DNA of 64,000 nucleotides, taken from assembly GCA_024644945.1 (NCBI GenBank), contig JAHEGU010000008.1, positions 4,868 through 68,867 on the forward strand, given 5' to 3'. How positions within the stretch are numbered: the first letter of the stretch is position 1; every line of letters starts with the position of its first letter. Shown here piece by piece: positions 22,119 to 30,523 of this stretch. The notes beneath the pieces were generated by a model that saw only the letters and a list, made by a program, of their open reading frames with translations, did not search any database and was not told where the DNA came from. Source of the DNA: Gammaproteobacteria bacterium. GTDB taxonomy: Bacteria; Pseudomonadota; Gammaproteobacteria; Arenicellales; Poriferihabitantaceae. Position numbers and translations under genes: made by a program.

Positions 22119-24296
22119 TTAGGCCTGTAAAGTCGTAACCAGCGGGATTGATACCGTTACCGCAACACCCTTTGCATCGCGGCGATTCTCTGCCCAAGCG
22201 CTGCCGTGGTGATATTCAGAGATTAATCGAACCACGAATAATCCAAGGCCAAGATGTGATTGCTTGGCGTTAGTTTTGCCATATGAAACCATGGGATCAA
22301 ACAGCCTTTCGCGAATGTTTTCTGGTATCAAGGGGCCTTCATTGAGGACCACCACTTCACCGTGACCGGACCTTTCTCTGACGCGCACAATGATGCCTTG
22401 ACCAAGAGGGCTGAACTGAACCGCATTGTCAATCATTTTATCCAGCATCTGGGCAAGGTGATCTGGACTGCCATCTATCCAAAGTGGGCGTGATTCGACC
22501 TGCAGATGAAACACATAGTCCGGGTAACTGGTGTAATAGCCATCTACCACCTCAGATACTAAAGAAGCGAGATCGATGCGCTCTCTGATTTCGTCGCGCA
22601 TCGCTTCTTCCAGATTGGCAGCCTCTGTGAGCGTCGTCAGAATAGCGCGGAGCCTGTTGATTCCGTTTTGAGCGCGTTGCATGTGTTTGTTTTGGGCGGC
22701 TCCGGGTAGATCTCCTTCGAGAATCTCAAGTGAAGAGCTCACTACATTGAGCGGGTTGTTCATTTCATGTGCCAAGGTGTCCGGCATGCCTTCAAGATAT
22801 CGTGTGTATCCTGAAAGTCGAGTCAGCATGCTGGTGATGCTGCGCCCGAGATCGCCAAGTTCATCCTTGGGATAGGTGCGGCTCGGTATGCGATCTTCGA
22901 GTACCCTTCCTTCAGCGGTGATCGCTTGCTCAGTGGTCTGATATAACCTTCTGATGCGTGCGGTGAGTCGCCAAGCAAAAACCAATAACGCAAACAGTAC
23001 AAAGGCAAAAACCAGAATGGTCACAAGAGTAAGGCTGCGCAGCAGAAAATACTGCTGCGCAAGAATCGCGTTACTGCTTTGTTCGACTATTACTGCCCCT
23101 ACCACGTTACCTTCCGACTGGATTGGATAGCCGGCCACAACTATCTGTGCCTTCTGATCTAAAGATAGCCGCGCCTGAACCATAGGCTCCCCTTTAAGAA
23201 TTTGCGTGAATATCTTGTCAGGTCGGGAAGTGACATCTTTGGGAACATCCACGAATTGTTCAGAAGGACGGCTCAACAGTGTTGCAAACAAAGCTTCTGC
23301 TTTTCGAAGGTTGCGTGCAAAAAGGGATTCGTTAACGTTATCTGGCCTAGGTTGTATGCCTGGATCGGACAACCCTCCCACCACCGCTCGTACTCGTTGT
23401 TCGCTGTCGAGTATCCAGATTCTCGATTGTGGGCGGTCTAGGCCCTTAAGTATCTTTGTTAATTCTGGCGAGTTGAGTAAAATTTGACCTGGTTCACTGT
23501 CTTCCCGTTGCGGCGAAGTAGAAAGTGTAGCCTCGACTTCCGGATTTACCGGATCGTCAACGTCCACCGCAAAATACCCAAGTCGAGACCGAGTGCCGAC
23601 TACATTTCGTGGAACCCTAAGTTCTACACGATAGCCCCAGTCGGTCTCGGCCATCTCTGCGATGAAGGTGGTAATAGCTTCACCTTTAATCGGTAGTTTC
23701 CAGTTCCGATCAACCAGGTAAATACTCATTCGTCCCGGTGAGCGAGCGACCATTAAGTAATGGCGTAATTCGCCATTTGGAAGTTGAAGCAGTATCCGGA
23801 TTTGATCGCTCTTATCCAGCTGCAGTCGGTTCAGATCGCGATAAACGATATGGTCGTCGTTGATCTCAAACAGCACATACAGGTCATCTTCATGATACCC
23901 AATGACGTTGTTTAGCGAGAAGTCATCCGGGTTATCATCTGCTTCGCAGCTGTACTGGGTAGCGCCTACGTAATAGTTACTCCGGTCAATGATCGATTCC
24001 CAGTCATTGATTTGCCCGTCCAACTGTATGGGATTGGGTAATTCGTGAGCATAAAGATCGTTCTTATCTCCGAGAAGCTCTTGTACGCCAGTAGTCGGAT
24101 TGAACAGTTCTGACCGGTCATTCAGAACGGTCGCAATACCGTTTGCCGTAAGTAACTGAGCGTCCTGCTGTCCACGCAGGAGGAACAGCTGCATTTCCTG
24201 CACATAATGATAACCCATCCACGGTATGACTAGCAGGGATAACGCGATCCAGATCAGCTTGGTCTTTATACTGAGTGCGCGGAGGGTCTTGAACAT
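22119..24296 (-). CDS. sensor histidine kinase with ~400-aa periplasmic domain
   Basis: 725 aa. TM segments at the N-terminus and near residue 430. H-box TLAHEMNNPL and a HATPase region (DNAVQF...GLGLFVV). Confidence 0.85.
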   Translation of the reverse strand: MFKTLRALSIKTKLIWIALSLLVIPWMGYHYVQEMQLFLLRGQQDAQLLTANGIATVLNDRSELFNPTTGVQELLGDKNDLYAHELPNPIQLDGQINDWESIIDRSNYYVGATQYSCEADDNPDDFSLNNVIGYHEDDLYVLFEINDDHIVYRDLNRLQLDKSDQIRILLQLPNGELRHYLMVARSPGRMSIYLVDRNWKLPIKGEAITTFIAEMAETDWGYRVELRVPRNVVGTRSRLGYFAVDVDDPVNPEVEATLSTSPQREDSEPGQILLNSPELTKILKGLDRPQSRIWILDSEQRVRAVVGGLSDPGIQPRPDNVNESLFARNLRKAEALFATLLSRPSEQFVDVPKDVTSRPDKIFTQILKGEPMVQARLSLDQKAQIVVAGYPIQSEGNVVGAVIVEQSSNAILAQQYFLLRSLTLVTILVFAFVLFALLVFAWRLTARIRRLYQTTEQAITAEGRVLEDRIPSRTYPKDELGDLGRSITSMLTRLSGYTRYLEGMPDTLAHEMNNPLNVVSSSLEILEGDLPGAAQNKHMQRAQNGINRLRAILTTLTEAANLEEAMRDEIRERIDLASLVSEVVDGYYTSYPDYVFHLQVESRPLWIDGSPDHLAQMLDKMIDNAVQFSPLGQGIIVRVRERSGHGEVVVLNEGPLIPENIRERLFDPMVSYGKTNAKQSHLGLGLFVVRLISEYHHGSAWAENRRDAKGVAVTVSIPLVTTLQA

Positions 24297-24329
24297 TGTC
24301 CGAATAAAAGTCGAACCCGAGAAGAAAGA

Positions 24330-25025
24330 CTAATCTGCCTGCCAACGGTAACCCACACCAAATACGGTCTGGATCATGTTGAATTGTGGGTCCACTTCTT
24401 TAAATTTTTTTCGCACTCTACGAACGTATCCATTAATTGTATTTTTTTCCACATAGCTTTGACGCGTTGTCTGCATGAGTGCTTCGTATGTTTTGACATG
24501 ACCAGGGTATCTTGCAAGAGCCTCAATCAACCAAAATTCCGTCAGTGTCAGATTAAGTATCTGGCCTTTCCAGCTCACCGACATGCTGCTTTGATCAAGT
24601 TCAAGGTCTCCAAGCACTAGTGCCGACGGCTGTTCAGAATCAGTCTGCATGGCGGAGGCGATACGAAACAATGAAGACACCCTGACTGCGAGGAACTGAA
24701 GGTTAACCGGTTTGGTGATGTAGTCCCAGGCATCCAGGCGCAGTCCGGATACGCGGTCAATATCGCTGTCTCTGGCAGTGAGAAAGATGATTGGTAACTT
24801 CGGACTTTGTTTTCTCAGTTCACGACATAAATCAAAACCGCCGTCTATATCGTCTTCCAGCATAATATCTAGGATTGCCAGGTCCGGCAAAGAACGTTGG
24901 AAACCCGCCATGGCTTCTGGTCGATTGCCATAGAGTTGAATGGTATACCCCTGGGACTTGAGAGCGTCGGCGTAATTCTCCCTCTGGTCGGCGTCGTCTT
25001 CGACAATTGCAATGGTTCTAGACAT
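24330..25025 (-). CDS. OmpR/PhoB-family response regulator
   Basis: 231 aa from MSRTIAIVEDD. Receiver domain (phospho-acceptor Asp in LAILDIML) plus a winged-helix output domain (TVFGVGYRW). It lies 33 nt upstream of the kinase gene on the same strand. Confidence 0.85.
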   Translation of the reverse strand: MSRTIAIVEDDADQRENYADALKSQGYTIQLYGNRPEAMAGFQRSLPDLAILDIMLEDDIDGGFDLCRELRKQSPKLPIIFLTARDSDIDRVSGLRLDAWDYITKPVNLQFLAVRVSSLFRIASAMQTDSEQPSALVLGDLELDQSSMSVSWKGQILNLTLTEFWLIEALARYPGHVKTYEALMQTTRQSYVEKNTINGYVRRVRKKFKEVDPQFNMIQTVFGVGYRWQAD

Positions 25026-25477
25026 GTTGAAGCGGTATGAGTGGTAGGAGTTCGGTGCGAAAGTATACCGGATGCAACAGGCCCGTCGAAGACCATATTG
25101 AACTGCCATAAAAACGCCATTAATCCAGCCATGAATCTAGCGGTAAGAGCGAATATGCGGTAAGCAATGGAGCTGCGGAAAAGTCTCTAGACGATAAAAG
25201 TCCCCCGTGGTGTCCCATATATTCGCTTATCGAATAAGGGGTGACGTTGACTGATTCGACTACGTTGACATTTTACTTGCTTTGATAGGAATACATTTCT
25301 ACCAGGTGCATTTCACTAGCTTACTGAGTCAATGGGTAGTGTGCCGAATTTCGCCAAGGTTGTTACAAATTACGGCATAAGCCTGTTCAGACTGCCATCA
25401 AAATACCATTATTTCTCCTTTTTAGGGCCACTGCTGATTGGTGTAATGTTCCGGCAAAACCCCAAGGGAAAGTAGTG

Positions 25478-25651
25478 ATGACCCAGAAAGTGTTTATTCC
25501 GGTTACAGACGAAATGCTGTACGACCATCCGGAACTAATCACCGCGCCGCTTCGGCCTTTCCGGATCGATGACCCCTGTTATCATTGGCTGGCAGTGGAG
25601 ATCGAGCCAGTCGAGGAACCAGAAATCGAGCGCTGTAAAGACGCGGCTTGA
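25478..25651 (+). CDS. possible 57-aa small protein (below the ORF-track cutoff)
   Basis: ATG at 25478 is preceded by AAGGGAAAG. It translates to MTQKVFIPVTDEMLYDHPELITAPLRPFRIDDPCYHWLAVEIEPVEEPEIERCKDAA. No family recognised. Confidence 0.3.
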   Translation: MTQKVFIPVTDEMLYDHPELITAPLRPFRIDDPCYHWLAVEIEPVEEPEIERCKDAA

Positions 25652-25673
25652 GCTGTTAACAGACTAGCGCTAT

Positions 25674-27833
25674 TCAGATCATTTCCAGGCTGGCATAGGC
25701 GGGTATAATCCATTTCGTACCGACTTCACTGAAGTGAATTTGCACCCGGGTGTGCTCGCCCTGTCCTTCCAGGGTGACTACCATACCTTCTCCAAATTTT
25801 TCATGCCGCACCTGTTTTCCAGGTTGAAGCTCGTTTGAATTCTTTTCTTCTTTCCTTAAGCCTCCTCTTTGCAGTGGGCGGCTGATAGCGCTAGAGCGAA
25901 TTTCTTCAATGTTCGCCGTCGGAACTTCAGTGAGAAAGCGGGATCCCTGGGTGTAGTGGTCCTTTCCGTAAAGTCGACGGATCTCCGCATAGCACAGGTA
26001 CAGCTGCTCCATAGCGCGCGTCATTCCGACGTAACACAGACGTCTTTCCTCTTCCAGGCGTCCAGGTTCCTCTAAAGAGCGTTGGTGGGGAAATAAACCT
26101 TCTTCCATCCCACATAGAAACACCAGTGGAAATTCGAGACCCTTGGCTGAATGCAGGCTCATCAGCTGCACGCAGTCCTCCCATTCTTCCGCCTGTCCTT
26201 CGCCCGCTTCGAGCGCCGCGTTAGCGAGAAACAGAGACAACAAATCGAGCTCATTGTCGTCGGTCTCAGCGGGAATAAAATTGCGCGCTGCACTAACGAG
26301 TTCCTCCAGGTTTTCGACTCGGCCTTGAGCGCGTTCAGATTTTTCTTTGCGATAGTGTTCAAGTAAACCACTGGTGTTGAGCACATGATCGGTAAGATCT
26401 TCTAGACTGTTATCTTCGGTTTGTGCCGTCATCTCGCTAATTAGTTTTAAAAAAGCTCCAACGGCTCCGGCGGCCCGCGCGGGTAACAGCTCCTGGCTAA
26501 TAACTTGAGATGCGGCTTGCCACATCGATATTTGTTGGGTGCGTGAGTATTCTCTTATTTTTTCTAAGGTGCGATTGCCGATACCTCTAGGGGGTAGATT
26601 TACGATTCGCTCGAACGATGGGTCGGAATCGTGATTGCTAATCAGTCGCATATATCCAAGAGCGTCCTTGATTTCCGCGCGCTCGAAAAAGCGAAGCCCG
26701 CCATATACCCGATAGGGCATGGCGGCAGACAGCAATTGTTCTTCGAATACCCGGGATTGAGCATTAGAGCGATAAAGAATTGCCACACTGTCACGCCGAT
26801 TGCCCTGTTCGACCCAGGATTCAATGGTCCCTACGACAAACTGGGCTTCGTCTATCTCGTTACTGGCGCCATAGAGCCGAATTAGATTTCCGTCAGCTGC
26901 TTCGGTCCAGAGCTCTTTGCCCATGCGATCTTCGTTGCGCGCAATGACTGCATTTGCAGCGGCCAGAATATGTCCACTGGAACGGTAATTTTGTTCCAGC
27001 CGGACGATTTCTGCGCCCGGATAATCTTTTTCAAATGTGAGCAGGTTCTCAACACGGGCACCACGCCACCCATAGATCGACTGATCATCATCGCCGACAG
27101 CAAACAGGTTCCTGCTACTGGCGCTCAGCAGCCGCAGCCACTGGTATTGAATAGTATTAGTGTCTTGAAATTCATCTACCAATACATGTCGAAATCGCTT
27201 CTGCCATGTTTCTCTAATGGTCTGGTTATTTTTAAACAGTTCCAGGGTTCGCAACAGGATCTCGGCAAAATCCACAAGTCCAAGCCTCTGGCAGAACTCC
27301 TCATAACTGGCGTAGACGCGATACAGAGTTTGCTGATGGTAATCGTCGCTTGCGGGCAGGTGGTGAGCCCGGCGCGCTTCTTCCTTATGCTGGTTGATCG
27401 CCCATTGGAGCTGTCTTGGTGGCCAGTACGCTTCGTCTAGGTCCAGCTCTCCCAGTATCCGTCGTATCAAACGGTATTGATCGTCACTATCGATAATCTC
27501 GAAGGTTTCTGGCAATCCAGCTTCCTGGTAGTGCATACGTAACAGGCGATGGCAAATACCATGAAATGTGCCCATCCACATGCCGCCGGTTGGAAAATTT
27601 AGGAGTTCTTCTATGCGCCCCCTCATTTCTCTCGACGCTTTATTGGTAAAGGTAACCGCAAGAATCTGAAGAGGAGAAATGCCTTCAGCCTGAACCAACC
27701 AGCCGATACGGTGAGTGAGAACACGGGTTTTACCGCTTCCAGCACCAGCAAGCACCAGTACAGGGCCGGGTGGAGTGGTCACAGCTCGGCGCTGAGCATC
27801 GTTGAGGGGGTCGAGAATATGAGAAACATCCAT
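25674..27833 (-). CDS. uvrD: DNA helicase II
   Basis: 719 aa. Walker A AGAGSGKT, DEFQDT, and the UvrD C-terminal region. Confidence 0.95.
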   Translation of the reverse strand: MDVSHILDPLNDAQRRAVTTPPGPVLVLAGAGSGKTRVLTHRIGWLVQAEGISPLQILAVTFTNKASREMRGRIEELLNFPTGGMWMGTFHGICHRLLRMHYQEAGLPETFEIIDSDDQYRLIRRILGELDLDEAYWPPRQLQWAINQHKEEARRAHHLPASDDYHQQTLYRVYASYEEFCQRLGLVDFAEILLRTLELFKNNQTIRETWQKRFRHVLVDEFQDTNTIQYQWLRLLSASSRNLFAVGDDDQSIYGWRGARVENLLTFEKDYPGAEIVRLEQNYRSSGHILAAANAVIARNEDRMGKELWTEAADGNLIRLYGASNEIDEAQFVVGTIESWVEQGNRRDSVAILYRSNAQSRVFEEQLLSAAMPYRVYGGLRFFERAEIKDALGYMRLISNHDSDPSFERIVNLPPRGIGNRTLEKIREYSRTQQISMWQAASQVISQELLPARAAGAVGAFLKLISEMTAQTEDNSLEDLTDHVLNTSGLLEHYRKEKSERAQGRVENLEELVSAARNFIPAETDDNELDLLSLFLANAALEAGEGQAEEWEDCVQLMSLHSAKGLEFPLVFLCGMEEGLFPHQRSLEEPGRLEEERRLCYVGMTRAMEQLYLCYAEIRRLYGKDHYTQGSRFLTEVPTANIEEIRSSAISRPLQRGGLRKEEKNSNELQPGKQVRHEKFGEGMVVTLEGQGEHTRVQIHFSEVGTKWIIPAYASLEMI

Positions 27834-28051
27834 GACGGTATTCTACTCAATCCGGCATGGTCACTTAAGGGATTTGTTTGCTGAATCCACCCTGACCTCT
27901 GGTATAGTTTAAAAAAGCGATCTGGTTCTACTGTGCCAGGCTGTAAGGGGAGTAATGTCCATGAATAAATGAGCACACTGAATTCCCGGTCAGCAACCAC
28001 CAACACCATGCAGTATTTGAATATGCTGCCACCATACTTCTGGAGACGATC

Positions 28052-29434
28052 ATGAACAAACCCGTTACCGGACTCGAAAACGCCAAAATCATCAGCGAAG
28101 ACAAAGCGCACGTTTGGCACCACCTGAGCCAGCACAAACCCCTTGAGAGTTCTGATCCAATGGTGATTGTGGAGGGCAAGGGTTTGCGGGTAACCGACAT
28201 CAACGGTCGACAATACCTTGATGCGGTTTCTGGCGGGGTATGGACGGTGAACGTCGGGTACGGGCGAGAGTCTATCGCGGACGCCGTTAGGGACCAGCTC
28301 GCAAAAATGTGCTACTTCGCGAACTCCGCTGGCTCTATCCCCGGGGCGCTGTTTGCCGAGAAATTAATCGACAAGATGCCCGGTCTGAGCAGAGTTTACT
28401 ATTCTAATTCCGGTTCCGAAGCCAACGAAAAAGGTTACAAACTGGTACGTCAGTTGGCAGCAATGAAAAACAATGGCGAGAAGCATAAAATTCTGTATCG
28501 TGATCGTGACTATCATGGCACTACGATTACTGCTTTGAGCAGCACCGGTCAGCTTCAAAGAAAGGATCAATATGGCCCTTTTACCCCGGGATTTGTCGAA
28601 GTGCCGCATTGTCTTGCCTATCACTCTCCAAACGGCGATGACCCGGATTTCGGTGTCAAGAGTGCGCGGGAGATCGAAAAAGTCATTCTGCGTGAGGGCC
28701 CGGATACTGTTGGATCAATTGTTCTCGAGCCAATCACCGCCGGTGGCGGTGTGATTCCACCACCTGAGGGCTATTTCGATACAGTGCAGGAAATCTGTAA
28801 ACAATATGGGGTGTTACTGCATATTGACGAAGTTGTGTGCGGCATGGGGCGCACAGGAAAGTGGTTTGGTTACCAGCACTACGGCGTGAGACCGGATATT
28901 GTTACCATGGCGAAGGGCGTGGCAAGCGGCTATGCGGCGATTTCTGTTACGGCGACCACTGAGGATTTGTTCAGCGAGTTCCTGGCTGAGCCTTCCGATA
29001 AGATGCATTACTTTCGGGATATCAGCACCTTTGGCGGATGTGCGGGCGGTCCGGCCGCCGCATTGGAGAACATGCGGATTATTGAGAATGAAAACCTGCT
29101 CGATAACGTCGTTCGAATGGGCGATTATTTAATGGATAGGTTGCGTGAATTAAAAGACAAACACGCCATGATTGGTGATGTGCGAGGCAAAGGATTGTTT
29201 GTTGGGGCAGAGCTAGTTAAAGACAGACAAACACGTGAGCCTGTTGATGAGTCTGTTGCGGCCAGTGTTGCTGCCCATTGTCTGCAACAAGGTGTAATGA
29301 TTGGACGCACTAATCGGAGTTTTGTCGAATACAATAATACACTTTGCCTCAGCCCTGCACTGATCTGTACCAAAGACGATATCGATGAGATCGTTGCCGC
29401 TATAGACAACGGCTTGGCGGCACAGGCGGGGTAA
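28052..29434 (+). CDS. class-III (omega) aminotransferase, substrate unknown
   Basis: 460 aa. NSGSEANE, DEVVCGMGRTG and PLP-lysine MAKGVASGY motifs. Resembles pyruvate-dependent amine aminotransferases. Confidence 0.85.
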   Translation: MNKPVTGLENAKIISEDKAHVWHHLSQHKPLESSDPMVIVEGKGLRVTDINGRQYLDAVSGGVWTVNVGYGRESIADAVRDQLAKMCYFANSAGSIPGALFAEKLIDKMPGLSRVYYSNSGSEANEKGYKLVRQLAAMKNNGEKHKILYRDRDYHGTTITALSSTGQLQRKDQYGPFTPGFVEVPHCLAYHSPNGDDPDFGVKSAREIEKVILREGPDTVGSIVLEPITAGGGVIPPPEGYFDTVQEICKQYGVLLHIDEVVCGMGRTGKWFGYQHYGVRPDIVTMAKGVASGYAAISVTATTEDLFSEFLAEPSDKMHYFRDISTFGGCAGGPAAALENMRIIENENLLDNVVRMGDYLMDRLRELKDKHAMIGDVRGKGLFVGAELVKDRQTREPVDESVAASVAAHCLQQGVMIGRTNRSFVEYNNTLCLSPALICTKDDIDEIVAAIDNGLAAQAG

Positions 29435-29511
29435 GTCTTCGTAGCGAGGTAAGGCGTTTCTGTGGATGGAAGGCCGTTGGCAGGAGAGTTCTGGCGGCAA
29501 CGGCTTAAGTG

Positions 29512-30360
29512 CTATGGCTTGAAATAGTAGTCGGCCAAGTGACGGCCAGAAAGGCGTTTTCGATACTTTTCGATATCGGAGACAATTTTCGCGACCCGAT
29601 CCCGGTCACGATCCATCGCTGCTCTGCGTTTAGAAGATGCCAGCAAGCCGCCGGTGCGGATCCAGCGCAGGATTACACTCAGCTCTTGCTGGTCAAACCA
29701 GAATCCGTGATCCTTACACTGATCGATAACGATGCCGCTGCCTGGACCGTAATTTCTCCGATGCATGATTACATCGCAGCTGGGGCATTTCCGATATAGA
29801 TTCTGGTCTCCACCCTGCATGCGTGGCAGGCCTGCAGTTACTTTTTTATGTTCCCTGGAGATGCCGCTACTGGAGAGCTTTATCATTTTTCGTTCTAATG
29901 CGAGGAACGTTTCTGTATCGAGCCAGATACCTGCGCACAAGGTGCATTCTAGTGCGTTGAATTTAGACGATTTGATTTTTCGAATGGACAGGACACTCTT
30001 GTTACGGCAGTGTGGGCATGCGCTCTTGGTTCGTTTTCCAACTTTACCAATCACCACGATGGGTGTCGCGCAATGGTGGCAGTACTTTGATCGATTGCTG
30101 ATTCGGGTTAAACACTCTGGGCAAACGGTCTGTAAGTCCTGCTCATGTAAGGTAAAATCTGCGCCGCAGAAACCACATTGCTGGTTATTATGCTGCCGCA
30201 CACCACCACAAGCCGAACAACGCACAACCGCCGCGTCATAAGAGCGATGCTCGGGTACAGCGATCAGCTGGCCGCAGATACAGTGGAACTTTTCCCCGGC
30301 AGTTCTCCCAATGGTGTCGTATTGGCGTGTGCACCGATTGCAACTAACGATTACGTGCAT
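29512..30360 (-). CDS. multi-zinc-ribbon protein with two zf-TFIIB-like (PF13453-type) modules
   Basis: 282 aa with five paired Cys modules. The last two have the CPxC...(16-20 aa)...C..(C/H)xGxW(L/F)D pattern (CPHCRNK...CTLCAGIWLD and CPSCDVI...CKDHGFWFD). Confidence 0.6.
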   Translation of the reverse strand: MHVIVSCNRCTRQYDTIGRTAGEKFHCICGQLIAVPEHRSYDAAVVRCSACGGVRQHNNQQCGFCGADFTLHEQDLQTVCPECLTRISNRSKYCHHCATPIVVIGKVGKRTKSACPHCRNKSVLSIRKIKSSKFNALECTLCAGIWLDTETFLALERKMIKLSSSGISREHKKVTAGLPRMQGGDQNLYRKCPSCDVIMHRRNYGPGSGIVIDQCKDHGFWFDQQELSVILRWIRTGGLLASSKRRAAMDRDRDRVAKIVSDIEKYRKRLSGRHLADYYFKP

Positions 30361-30523
30361 ACTATTTATTTTCTGTTTTCAGCAAACCACATACTATCGA
30401 CAACCATACTATCGACGACCATATTAACACCTCGAGATTGGATCAAGTCTCTGAATGCAATTCAATTCACCCCGTTACTCAGACCTGAGTCAGGATCTCA
30501 AGAGCCACTCAGATGCCTTGACT

